From the IMG/VR virus record IMGVR_UViG_3300028394_000044, positions 32,001-96,000 of that record: 64,000 bases of DNA; one strand, given 5' to 3'. This DNA is from a virus. The position numbers were made by a program, and so were the translations under genes. This document shows positions 27,607 through 36,079 of this stretch, piece by piece (within the stretch, counting starts at the first letter, position 1; each line of letters opens with the position of its first letter). The notes beneath the pieces were generated by a model that worked only from the letters and a program-made list of their open reading frames with translations, searched no databases and was not told the DNA's origin.

Positions 27607-27911
27607 TGATACCCGGTGAAGGTCGAAAATTTGATGGTGGTAAACTTGAATATGGTTTACTGCCACCATTAGCACTTGAGGAAACTGTTAAAGTCCTTAC
27701 GTTCGGTGCTCAAAAATATGAACGTGATAATTGGAAAAAAGTACCAGACTCAAAACGCAGGTACTTTGATGCTTTACAGCGACATTTGTGGGCTTGGAAA
27801 CAAGGTGAACAACTTGATCCTGAATCTGGCATCCATCATCTTGCTCATGCAATGTGTTGTTTGATGTTTCTTATGGAACATGATGTGAAATATTCTCTTG
27901 ACAACGAGTGA
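27606..27911 (+). CDS. dATP/dGTP diphosphohydrolase-domain protein (DUF5664-like)
   Basis: 'KFDGGK', 'FGAQKY..DNW', 'A..RHL.AW..GE..DPESG.HHLAHA'. Confidence 0.8.
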   Translation: MIPGEGRKFDGGKLEYGLLPPLALEETVKVLTFGAQKYERDNWKKVPDSKRRYFDALQRHLWAWKQGEQLDPESGIHHLAHAMCCLMFLMEHDVKYSLDNE

Positions 27912-27926
27912 ATTAAAATGTATAAT
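27898..27926 (+). promoter_or_regulatory. Consensus sigma70 promoter for gp45
   Basis: TTGACA-17bp-TATAAT. Confidence 0.85.
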
Positions 27927-27945
27927 GAATTTTTTGGAGTATAAA

Positions 27946-28629
27946 ATGAAACTATCTAAAGACACCCTAGGTGTATTAAAAAACTTTGCATCTATCAATG
28001 ATGGAATTATGTTCCGTAAAGGTAGTGTATTGCGTACATGTGATGCACAAAAACAAGTATTGGCAGAAACTACAATCTCAGAAACGATTGATGAAGATTT
28101 TGGTATATATGACTTAAATAAATTTCTTGCTGTTCTAAGTTTACATCAAGATACCTCTCAAGTTGAAATTGATACTGCAACAAAATCTGCTATTATAAAA
28201 GATTCTTCAGGAAGAAGTAAAATTACTTATCGTATATGTGATGCAACGATGATTAAAAACGCATCAGATAAATCAATCAAAATGCCAGATCCAGAAGTAA
28301 CTTTTATTATGAAACAAGAAGACCTTGAATTTAGTATAAGAGCTTCTTCTACTCTTGGCACACCACATATTGCAATAACTTCTGATGGAAATAAAGTATT
28401 TGTTTCTGGACTAGACGATAAAAACACAGCTACCCATAGCAATGAACTTGCAGTTTGCGATGGTAATGGAAAGAAATACAAGATGATTTTTAAGACTGAG
28501 AACATGAAAATGATTCCAGGAGAGTATCAAGTTTCTATCTCCTTCAAAGGTATAGCACATTTCCAAAATACAACAAAACCATTACAATATTGGATAGCAA
28601 CCGAACTAGGTTCTACTGGAGAAATCTAA
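27946..28629 (+). CDS. gp45: Sliding clamp
   Basis: Start 'MKLSKDTL.VLKNFASIN', 'FGIYDLN.FL', 'YWIATE'. Confidence 0.95.
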   Translation: MKLSKDTLGVLKNFASINDGIMFRKGSVLRTCDAQKQVLAETTISETIDEDFGIYDLNKFLAVLSLHQDTSQVEIDTATKSAIIKDSSGRSKITYRICDATMIKNASDKSIKMPDPEVTFIMKQEDLEFSIRASSTLGTPHIAITSDGNKVFVSGLDDKNTATHSNELAVCDGNGKKYKMIFKTENMKMIPGEYQVSISFKGIAHFQNTTKPLQYWIATELGSTGEI

Positions 28630-28802
28630 TGTTCTTCTATGTTACTGACAATTTTTCAACAACTTGGGCTATCAATGTCAATAAAGTAATTAAGATGGTT
28701 GAAAGTAAAAGAATAACCTTGATTTATCTTGATGATGGTGTTATAATTAAAACAACCAGACCAATGGCTGAATTGGTAACACAAATGAACTTGGTTCAGT
28801 GA
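28629..28802 (+). CDS. Small hypothetical protein
   Basis: TAATG coupling to gp45; 57 aa. Confidence 0.55.
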   Translation: MFFYVTDNFSTTWAINVNKVIKMVESKRITLIYLDDGVIIKTTRPMAELVTQMNLVQ

Positions 28803-28828
28803 TTTGAATTTTATATTATGGAGTTGTT

Positions 28829-29761
28829 ATGGAACATATGCTTTGGACAGAAAAACATCGTCCAAAAACAATTGAGGAATGCATTCTTCCAGTAAGGCTC
28901 AAAACGCCTTTCCAAGAGTATGTAACCACTGAAAAGATTCCGCACCTGTTGCTATCTGGTGGCGCAGGTGTTGGTAAGACTACCGTTGCTAAAGCAATGT
29001 GTAATGAGATTGATGCCGACTACATTATGATTAACGGTTCTGACGAATCTGGTATTGATGTTTTTCGTACCAAGATTAAGAACTTTGCATCTTCAATGTC
29101 TTTCACTGGCGGTCGTAAGGTCATTATTATTGATGAAGCAGACTATTTGAATCCTAATTCAACACAGCCTGCTTTACGTAATGCAATGGAAGAATTTGCA
29201 AGTAATTGTTCATTCATTTTCACCTGTAACTTTAAGAATCGTATTATTGATCCACTGCATTCACGTTGTGCAGTGGTTGATTTTACCTTGAAGAACGATG
29301 AGAAGACTGCCATGGCTGGTCAATTCTTCAAACGTATCCAATCAATCTTAAATGTTGAATCTGTTGAGTATGAACCTAAAGTAATTGCAGAACTGGTAAA
29401 GAAACACTTTCCAGATTTTCGCCGCATTCTAAATGAGCTACAGCGTTATTCTCAGTTTGGTAAGATTGATACTGGAGTTTTATCTCAAATTGCAGATGTT
29501 TCGATTGGTGAAATTGTAAAGCATTTGAAAGATAAAGACTTTGGTGCAATTCGTAAATGGGTTGCGGTGTCTGATGTTGATCCTGCTACACTGTATCGCA
29601 AATTATATGATAATCTGTATGAAGTTTTGCAACCACAAACTATTCCTCAAGCAGTAATTATTCTTGCAGACTATCAGTACAAACAAGCATTTGTTGCTGA
29701 TGCTGAAATCAATACTGTTGCTTGTTTGACAGAGTTGATGGTGAGTGTGGAATTCAAATGA
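28829..29761 (+). CDS. gp44: Clamp loader large subunit
   Basis: 'WTEKHRP', 'GGAGVGKTT', 'IIDEAD', 'PLHSRC'. Confidence 0.96.
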   Translation: MEHMLWTEKHRPKTIEECILPVRLKTPFQEYVTTEKIPHLLLSGGAGVGKTTVAKAMCNEIDADYIMINGSDESGIDVFRTKIKNFASSMSFTGGRKVIIIDEADYLNPNSTQPALRNAMEEFASNCSFIFTCNFKNRIIDPLHSRCAVVDFTLKNDEKTAMAGQFFKRIQSILNVESVEYEPKVIAELVKKHFPDFRRILNELQRYSQFGKIDTGVLSQIADVSIGEIVKHLKDKDFGAIRKWVAVSDVDPATLYRKLYDNLYEVLQPQTIPQAVIILADYQYKQAFVADAEINTVACLTELMVSVEFK

Positions 29762-30045
29762 TTGAAATTTTTAAACCTACTATAAATTGGATACGTGATG
29801 ATTTTAATTCTCATCCTTTTCGTTTTTTCATTGAGTTGCTTGCTTGGTGCATTTCAATTGGGTGTTCAATCACAATGGCTATTACAGTCCCGAATCCACC
29901 TCTACTTACTCTTTATCCTATTTGGATCTTCGGCTGCGGTCTCTATGCTTGGGCTGCTTTTACTAGGAAATCATTTGGCATGTTGGCTAACTACATGCTA
30001 CTGGTAACAATAGATTCTGTTGGTTTAATTCGGATGCTGACATGA
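29758..30045 (+). CDS. Small multi-pass membrane protein
   Basis: Three hydrophobic segments; ATGA overlap with gp44. Confidence 0.65.
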   Translation: MIEIFKPTINWIRDDFNSHPFRFFIELLAWCISIGCSITMAITVPNPPLLTLYPIWIFGCGLYAWAAFTRKSFGMLANYMLLVTIDSVGLIRMLT

Positions 30046-30635
30046 TTAATACCACAATCTTAGGTAAGTCATTGGGTTGGTTCAATAAGAATGAAATCTA
30101 TGAAATGAAAAATCAAATCACTGCGGTTGTGTATTCAATCGCATTTTTGGATGAAAAGCCTGATGAACATGTTTACCCTTTTGATATTGTGGACACAATA
30201 TACTTCGGTATGTCTGGTGGTATGATAAATGATTATAGGTTTGATAGAAAAAACAAAGATACTGGAAAAGGTGTTTTATATTCAATGTTTGCAACAAGAA
30301 TTAAAACCCATTTCAATAATCTGGAAAATATCAAAGATAACTCGGAATTCAAGTACCATCTTTTTTATGAGAAATATCTGCCGAATCTGAATCCTGCTAA
30401 GAGCATTTATGTCAACTTGTTTGTTCCTGATGAAAATAAGATTGAGCATTTTCTGCACCGATCCTTTATCAGCTCAATGGAATCAGAATTCATCCTACAA
30501 TATGGCATCAAGTATGGTAGACTTCCCGTAATGAATCTGGATGAACAATATGATCGCAGTCCAATTAACAAGCAGAGTGTTTCAGGTAGCATGAGGGAAT
30601 TTGTATCCCATAATAGTTTAACGAAGTTTTTATAA
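30042..30635 (+). CDS. Putative GIY-YIG-like nuclease
   Basis: 'VVYSI', 'IYFGMS', 'R...H' and 'ESEFI..Y...YGRLP..N' occur in GIY-YIG order. Confidence 0.5.
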   Translation: MINTTILGKSLGWFNKNEIYEMKNQITAVVYSIAFLDEKPDEHVYPFDIVDTIYFGMSGGMINDYRFDRKNKDTGKGVLYSMFATRIKTHFNNLENIKDNSEFKYHLFYEKYLPNLNPAKSIYVNLFVPDENKIEHFLHRSFISSMESEFILQYGIKYGRLPVMNLDEQYDRSPINKQSVSGSMREFVSHNSLTKFL

Positions 30636-31021
30636 TGAGTAATCCTTTTGACTATGTAAATGAGATTCTTCAAGGTAAGAAACAACTTATTGTTGATGAC
30701 TATACTGAAAAATCCTATGAGCCTTTTTTGACTAATCGTTCTCTATCATACCACAAAGATTGTATCATGTATGCAAATGAGATGAATCGCCGACACTTCC
30801 TCGATAAAAAAATGCAGAATGATTTTTTGCTAAATACTATAAGGTCAAGAAAACGACCTTTTAGTAAGTGGGCTAAATCTGAGAAAAGTGAAGATATGTC
30901 ATGTGTAAAAACCTATTTCAATCTTTCCGATGCTAAAGCACGTGAAGCTCTACGCCTACTTTCTGATGAACAAATTCGAGAGTTGAAAGATAAAACTGAC
31001 ACCGGTGGTTTGAGAAAATAA
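30635..31021 (+). CDS. gp62: Clamp loader small subunit
   Basis: 'Y.PFL.NR.LSY..D...ANEMN', 'FL.N.IR.RKR.FSKW.K', 'TGG'. Confidence 0.93.
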   Translation: MSNPFDYVNEILQGKKQLIVDDYTEKSYEPFLTNRSLSYHKDCIMYANEMNRRHFLDKKMQNDFLLNTIRSRKRPFSKWAKSEKSEDMSCVKTYFNLSDAKAREALRLLSDEQIRELKDKTDTGGLRK

Positions 31022-31031
31022 CACTTCCAAA

Positions 31032-31077
31032 TGAAGGTTCTTAAACGCTGAATAGTTAGTTACAATAAGAACCTTCA
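31032..31077. repeat. Perfect 12-bp inverted repeat upstream of regA
   Basis: TGAAGGTTCTTA (31032-31043) and TAAGAACCTTCA (31066-31077). Confidence 0.85.
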
Positions 31078-31091
31078 AAAGGCAAAGTGAT

Positions 31092-31508
31092 ATGATTGAT
31101 ACAAATGATATTTTTCGTGGTGTAGGAGTTGAAATTCTACTGAATGAACAAGATGATTTCCTTAAAGTCCGAGAGACCCTAACTAGAATTGGTGTCTCCT
31201 CTAGCAAAGAAAAAATTCTATACCAATCTTGCCACATCTTACACAAGCAAGCTAGATACACAATATTACATTTTAAAGAATTGTTTGAGTTGGACGGAAA
31301 ACCATCCAATATTTCTGATAATGACATTGAAAGACGGAATGCAATTGCTAAACTTCTTGAAGAATGGGGTTTAGTGAAGATAATTAAACCAGAACTCATA
31401 GGTGAAAAAATAGCACCTATGCACCAGATTAAGATTATTTCATATCGTGAAAAAGATGGATGGCAGTTGGTAAGCAAATACAATATTGGAAAGAAACCTC
31501 AGGAATGA
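31092..31508 (+). CDS. regA: Translational repressor RegA
   Basis: 'DDFLKVRETLTRIGV', 'LYQSCHILHKQ', 'HFKELF.LDG', 'KYNIG'. Confidence 0.97.
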   Translation: MIDTNDIFRGVGVEILLNEQDDFLKVRETLTRIGVSSSKEKILYQSCHILHKQARYTILHFKELFELDGKPSNISDNDIERRNAIAKLLEEWGLVKIIKPELIGEKIAPMHQIKIISYREKDGWQLVSKYNIGKKPQE

Positions 31509-31514
31509 TATATT

Positions 31515-31700
31515 ATGAAAAAATTGAAAGAGAAAGTGACCAGACTAAAGAACATTTACACTGGTGAAATCGTTATAACTAGTAACTTGTTTGAGAAAAG
31601 AGTTGATAGTACCATGACATTCATTCAGGTATATACCGAGACCAATCCGCAAAGAAAATTCTTTGTTAACGGCGCGGCTTTTGTTCCGGCGACTAAATAA
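31515..31700 (+). CDS. Small hypothetical protein
   Basis: 61-aa ORF directly after regA. Confidence 0.55.
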   Translation: MKKLKEKVTRLKNIYTGEIVITSNLFEKRVDSTMTFIQVYTETNPQRKFFVNGAAFVPATK

Positions 31701-31704
31701 TAGT

Positions 31705-31882
31705 ATCTCGGGGATGGGAACATGGCGATAGTAACCATGTAAATAACTATCACTAATTTAAGAACCCACCTTAGGGCTGTTTGATGCTACGGTAAAAGGC
31801 GTCCGGGCAATTGCACTGTCACCCGTTAGTTGTCCCTGTATTAAGTAAGCAGGACCCAGCTACGCTTTCGGGGTAGCTTTTT
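31705..31882 (+). ncRNA. Candidate structured RNA (multi-pseudoknot) or 5' leader of hsp20
   Basis: GC-enriched intergenic tract after an ACTAAATA late-promoter-like box; two or three H-type pseudoknots, then a UUCG-capped hairpin with a U tract. Confidence 0.65.
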
Positions 31883-31906
31883 AACTTGCTTTTAAAGGAG
31901 AAATTT

Positions 31907-32395
31907 ATGACTAATCTAGGTCGTATTAATTTTGGACCATTGAGTCCAAGTACCGTTGGCTTTGAACGTTTTTTTGATGCGTTTGACCAACTCACCGCGG
32001 ATAAAATTCCGACAAACACTTTTCCACCACATAACATTGTCAAAATTGATGACTATAATTACCAGATAGAACTGGCAGTTGCAGGCTTCAAGATTAGTGA
32101 TATTGATATTGAGGTTTTAAAGGGTGAATTGACAATTTCGGGTAAAAGAACTGAATTAAGTGATAAGTATACTTATTTGCATCGTGGCATTGGTGCTCGA
32201 TCATTTAAGAAGATTGTAAGACTCTCAGATTCTGTAAAAGTTGATGGAGCGACTTTGGAAGACGGAATTCTGACGGTCAAGCTACATAACATCATTCCAG
32301 AAGAAAATCAGCCAAAACGCATTCCAATCGTTTCCAGCGGTAATACTCAAGTATTCAATTCTGAATCCGGCAATAAAAAACTATTGCAAGAATAA
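31907..32395 (+). CDS. hsp20: Small heat-shock protein (Hsp20/IbpA family)
   Basis: 'VGFERFF', 'FPPHNIV', 'ELAVAGF', 'YLHRGI..RSF', 'A.LEDGIL'; AAGGAG RBS. Confidence 0.95.
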   Translation: MTNLGRINFGPLSPSTVGFERFFDAFDQLTADKIPTNTFPPHNIVKIDDYNYQIELAVAGFKISDIDIEVLKGELTISGKRTELSDKYTYLHRGIGARSFKKIVRLSDSVKVDGATLEDGILTVKLHNIIPEENQPKRIPIVSSGNTQVFNSESGNKKLLQE

Positions 32396-32398
32396 TTG

Positions 32399-32427
32399 TT
32401 GACTTTTCTACCTTTCCGTGTTATAAT
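32399..32427 (+). promoter_or_regulatory. Sigma70-type promoter
   Basis: TTGACT-17bp-TATAAT with a TGn extension. Confidence 0.8.
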
Positions 32428-32446
32428 AAACATAGAAAGGTAGATT

Positions 32447-32689
32447 ATGAACAATGCTTTTTTGAGAAAATTGGCGTCCGATGACTTGCGTGAGACTTTG
32501 ATGTTTTGTGGATTGGTGGATTCTCCAAACTGTAAAACAAAATCAGTTGACAGTAAAGGGAAAACACGATACGTTTTCAATACATATATTGGTGATATTA
32601 TCGTTTATGGACATAATTCAATCTATATAAAGGGTAAGAGATTCCCCTCCATGAATCAAGTGAAATATGAATTGATTAAATATTTATGA
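32447..32689 (+). CDS. Hypothetical protein
   Basis: Follows a promoter and an AAGG RBS; coupled to the next gene. Confidence 0.6.
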   Translation: MNNAFLRKLASDDLRETLMFCGLVDSPNCKTKSVDSKGKTRYVFNTYIGDIIVYGHNSIYIKGKRFPSMNQVKYELIKYL

Positions 32690-33606
32690 AAATCGCTCTA
32701 GCATCGGACGTCCATTTGGAATTTGGACGCCTCGAATTATTTAATGATGAGAACGCGGACGTTCTAGTTTTGTCTGGTGATATTTGCACAGCAAATGATC
32801 TAAATGACCGTGATATCCATGGCATTATGGGTGAAAATACACGTAGCAATATGTACCATACATTTTTCCAAGAATGTTCAGAACGTTTTCCTCATGTTGT
32901 TTATGTTGCAGGTAACCATGAACATTATAATGGTGACTACGCAATAACTTTGCCAAGATTAAAAGAGAAACTTGGCTACCTAAAAAATCTACACATCCTC
33001 GATAAAGAACATATCGAGTTGGATGGTTATGTTTTTGTTGGTGGTACTTTGTGGACAGATATGAATAAAGAGGATGCTTTAACTTTATATAATATCAAGG
33101 ATATGATGAACGATTTTCGGATTATAAAAAATTCGAATTCAACTGGATCACATAAAGTTCCTATTTACAAAAAAGATTCTGATGGAAATTATTTTAAAAA
33201 TGAAAATGGTTTTAACGTTATTGACCATTACGAATTTGAAACATTTATTCCTAGATTTAATCCAGAAGATGCTGTTAAAGATCATTATAAAATGATGGAT
33301 TATCTAAAAATAATCATTGATACTTTGGGCAAAGACCGTAAATATATTGTATGTGGTCATCATTCTCCCTCCAAACTATCTACTAAACCTCGATATGAAA
33401 AAGAGGTTCTGATGAATGGTGCATATTCTTCCGACTTGTCTGAATTTATTTTGGATCGTCCTTGTATCAAACTGTGGACGCACGGACACACACATCATAT
33501 TTTTGATTATATGATTGGTTCAACTAGAATCGTATGTAATCCTCGTGGTTATGTTGGTTATGAAGTTAATCCTGGCGATTTCAATTTAACATATCTTGAA
33601 GTATGA
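32686..33606 (+). CDS. Calcineurin-like metallophosphoesterase
   Basis: 'SDVH', 'GDI', 'GNHEHY', 'HH.P', 'HGHTH', 'NPRGY'. Confidence 0.9.
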   Translation: MKIALASDVHLEFGRLELFNDENADVLVLSGDICTANDLNDRDIHGIMGENTRSNMYHTFFQECSERFPHVVYVAGNHEHYNGDYAITLPRLKEKLGYLKNLHILDKEHIELDGYVFVGGTLWTDMNKEDALTLYNIKDMMNDFRIIKNSNSTGSHKVPIYKKDSDGNYFKNENGFNVIDHYEFETFIPRFNPEDAVKDHYKMMDYLKIIIDTLGKDRKYIVCGHHSPSKLSTKPRYEKEVLMNGAYSSDLSEFILDRPCIKLWTHGHTHHIFDYMIGSTRIVCNPRGYVGYEVNPGDFNLTYLEV

Positions 33607-33998
33607 TTGATTGTTTAATTATGGGTGATAGTATTGCTGTTGGTGTTTCACAACAACGACCCGAATGTAGTGTTCAGGCTGTTGTTGGTATCACCAGCAA
33701 AAAATGGAATATCACATACAACGGACAAAAACATGAAGCTAAGACTGCAATTATTAGTCTTAGTACGAATGACTTTTCTAGTATTGACACACGAAGAGAA
33801 CTTACTGATTTGCGTAAACAGGTTATTGCTGAGAAAGTTTTTTGGGTAATGCCTGCAAGATTCAATGGGGTGTTTCATATTGTACAAACAATCGCTAGTG
33901 AGAACGGAGATAAATTCTTAATTTCCGCACATCTTTCTCCTGATGGTATACATCCAACAACTAAAGGATATCGCCTTCTTGCGGAACAAACCAAATGA
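33603..33998 (+). CDS. SGNH/GDSL-type hydrolase
   Basis: 'GDSIA', 'SLSTND', 'DGIHP..GY'. Confidence 0.8.
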   Translation: MIDCLIMGDSIAVGVSQQRPECSVQAVVGITSKKWNITYNGQKHEAKTAIISLSTNDFSSIDTRRELTDLRKQVIAEKVFWVMPARFNGVFHIVQTIASENGDKFLISAHLSPDGIHPTTKGYRLLAEQTK

Positions 33999-34426
33999 AA
34001 GAAAAGTTTATTGAAGCATACATGCAAATTGCGGAGACATTTGCAGAACTAAGTTCCGCACGTAGATTACATGTTGGTGCAATTGTGGTAAAAGATGACC
34101 GCATCATCTCTATTGGTTATAATGGTATGCCAAGCGGTTGGGATAACAACTGTGAAGAAGAACTTAAATGGCCCAATGGTGAAATTAGATATTTAAAATC
34201 CAAACCAGAAGTACTCCATGCTGAAACGAATGCAATTGCTAAATTAGCTAGGTCTACAGAATCTGGATTGGGAGCTAGTCTTTTTGTTACTCATGCGCCG
34301 TGTTTAGACTGTGCTAAGTTGGTGTATCAGTCTGGCATCAATTCTGTGTATTACCGAGAATCTTATCGTTCCGATGATGGGATTAATTTTTTATTAAAAG
34401 CTGGAGTAGGAGTAAGTAAATTATGA
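33995..34426 (+). CDS. cd: dCMP deaminase
   Basis: 'IISIGYNG', 'HAE.NAI', 'PC..CAK'. Confidence 0.92.
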   Translation: MKEKFIEAYMQIAETFAELSSARRLHVGAIVVKDDRIISIGYNGMPSGWDNNCEEELKWPNGEIRYLKSKPEVLHAETNAIAKLARSTESGLGASLFVTHAPCLDCAKLVYQSGINSVYYRESYRSDDGINFLLKAGVGVSKL

Positions 34427-34761
34427 ATGTGCGTAGAAATTTTTTAAAGGGTGCAGGTATTATCTCTGCATTTGTTGTGGGTGCAGCATCTTATAAACAA
34501 GTGCAAGAAATTGCTGAAGCAAATCGAGATATTAGTCACTTAGCACCACCTGAAGGCGCAACAACACTACAGATTACTGGTAACTATGGTAAAACTGTGG
34601 CGCCATTTATCACTACAAATGCTACAAATGGATATGGAATGTATTCATTTGCGCCCATGTATTCTACACCAACAAACTCTGTTACTATGACTGTTGGTAA
34701 AGATGATCGTCTATGGATTAAAATTAATGAGGAGTGGAAACGTGTCGCAATTGAAGGATAA
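34423..34761 (+). CDS. Hypothetical protein with twin-arginine (Tat)-type N-terminus
   Basis: 'MNVRRNFLKGAG' followed by a hydrophobic stretch. Confidence 0.65.
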   Translation: MNVRRNFLKGAGIISAFVVGAASYKQVQEIAEANRDISHLAPPEGATTLQITGNYGKTVAPFITTNATNGYGMYSFAPMYSTPTNSVTMTVGKDDRLWIKINEEWKRVAIEG

Positions 34762-35269
34762 AAACTATATTGGTAATGTTGTTGAAATTTGTGAAAATGG
34801 TGATGCCATTTTAGAACTTCCTGACGATTTATTATCTGAAATGGGCTGGGGTGAAGGCACCAGATTAAACATTGAAAATAAAAATGGAGGAATAATTTTG
34901 TCTGAGTTGAAAACTGAAATGAATAAAGACGTAAATACTTTTATTGAAGCGTGTGACCAAGTTTCTTCACCCGAGAACGTTAGTCTCTACAGAAATCTTA
35001 TTAATGAAGAGTACTGGGAATTTCAAAATGCATTGAAAGCCAAAGATGATGTGGAACAACTTGATGCATGTATGGACATGATTTGGGTTATTCTGGGTTA
35101 TTGTAAAATGAAAGGTTTTGATGTTGATGGAGCATGGGCAGAAGTTGCACGAAGTAACTTAGCCAAAATTAATTCTGAAACAGGCAAAGTTATCAAGCGC
35201 AATGACGGCAAAGTTTTAAAACCTGAAGGATGGACGCCTCCAGTACTTGACACTTTCGTTCAAAAGTGA
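34742..35269 (+). CDS. AbrB/MazE-like domain fused to an all-alpha NTP pyrophosphohydrolase
   Basis: GAGGAG RBS and GTG 34742. N-terminal 'LELPDDLL.EMGW.EGT.L.I'; C-terminal 'LINEEY.EF', 'DACMD', 'EVARSNLAK', 'DGKVLKP'. Confidence 0.75.
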   Translation: MSQLKDKNYIGNVVEICENGDAILELPDDLLSEMGWGEGTRLNIENKNGGIILSELKTEMNKDVNTFIEACDQVSSPENVSLYRNLINEEYWEFQNALKAKDDVEQLDACMDMIWVILGYCKMKGFDVDGAWAEVARSNLAKINSETGKVIKRNDGKVLKPEGWTPPVLDTFVQK

Positions 35270-35275
35270 TACAAT
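35247..35275 (+). promoter_or_regulatory. Sigma70-type promoter
   Basis: TTGACA-17bp-TACAAT with a TGn extension. Confidence 0.75.
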
Positions 35276-35280
35276 ACATT

Positions 35281-35556
35281 ATGAACGATGATACACGGGA
35301 AATACTTTTAATACTCCAAGAAGAATGTGCTGAAGTTAGTCAAGCCATCAGCAAATGTTTCCGATTTGGACCTGATCAAATTAAACCTGGCAAAGAACAA
35401 ACTAACATTCAACACCTTCAAGAAGAACTTGGTGATGTACTAGCCATGATTGACTTGTTGGTAAAGAAAAATGTTGGTGTAGAAACCGTTGGCCTCTTAA
35501 ATGCCAAAGTACAAAAAATTGAAAAACTTAAACAATGGAGCAATATCGCACTATGA
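35281..35556 (+). CDS. MazG-like NTP pyrophosphohydrolase
   Basis: 'LQEECAEV.QAISK' and 'EELGDV' metal-binding motifs. Confidence 0.8.
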   Translation: MNDDTREILLILQEECAEVSQAISKCFRFGPDQIKPGKEQTNIQHLQEELGDVLAMIDLLVKKNVGVETVGLLNAKVQKIEKLKQWSNIAL

Positions 35557-35783
35557 ATCCTTCTAAAATTGCATTCCTGTTGGCTCAGAAAATGAACCTG
35601 CGGGCCTATAAATATGACTTGTTTCTACGGGAGTACGATAACGTAGTAGAGTTGGTCGGTTTGGTAAACGACCCAACACAAAACATGGAAGATTTCCGTG
35701 GTCGTGAAATGCTTTTCCCTAAGAAATGGGTAACGCTTAAGACCTTCTTTGCGGAAGAAAAAGTTGAAAGGTTGCTGGCATGA
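35553..35783 (+). CDS. Hypothetical protein
   Basis: ATGA overlaps at both ends. Confidence 0.6.
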   Translation: MNPSKIAFLLAQKMNLRAYKYDLFLREYDNVVELVGLVNDPTQNMEDFRGREMLFPKKWVTLKTFFAEEKVERLLA

Positions 35784-36079
35784 AGCTAAGACTCATTACA
35801 TTTAAAACTAACCAGACAGTTCTAGGTAATGTATCTGGAGAAAATCCTGCATTTATTTTTATGGAAAAACCTGTACAGGTCATTGTACAGCCAACCAAAG
35901 ATGGTCCAATGATGGGATTCTCTCCTTTCTTAGAATACTCTGAAGAATTCAATACGGGTATTAACTTTAAAGTTGAAGACATTCTATGCGTTACAACTCC
36001 CGTTACTGAACTTCAAAATCAGTACAGCCAAATGTTTGGATCTGGCATTCAAATCGCGTCATCTATTCCAAAATATTAA
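35780..36079 (+). CDS. Conserved hypothetical protein upstream of the polymerase
   Basis: C-terminal 'L.NQY..MFGSGI' is typical of the small gene preceding gp43; TAATG coupling. Confidence 0.7.
   Translation: MKLRLITFKTNQTVLGNVSGENPAFIFMEKPVQVIVQPTKDGPMMGFSPFLEYSEEFNTGINFKVEDILCVTTPVTELQNQYSQMFGSGIQIASSIPKY

Noticed and set aside
27606-27911. Evidence for a 2-aminoadenine (Z) genome
   Set aside because: No purZ or HD-family dATPase is visible here; this domain alone is insufficient
31705-31882. tRNA or tmRNA interpretation of the structured region
   Set aside because: No T-loop GTTCRA, no acceptor stem or CCA end, no tag reading frame, and too short for tmRNA
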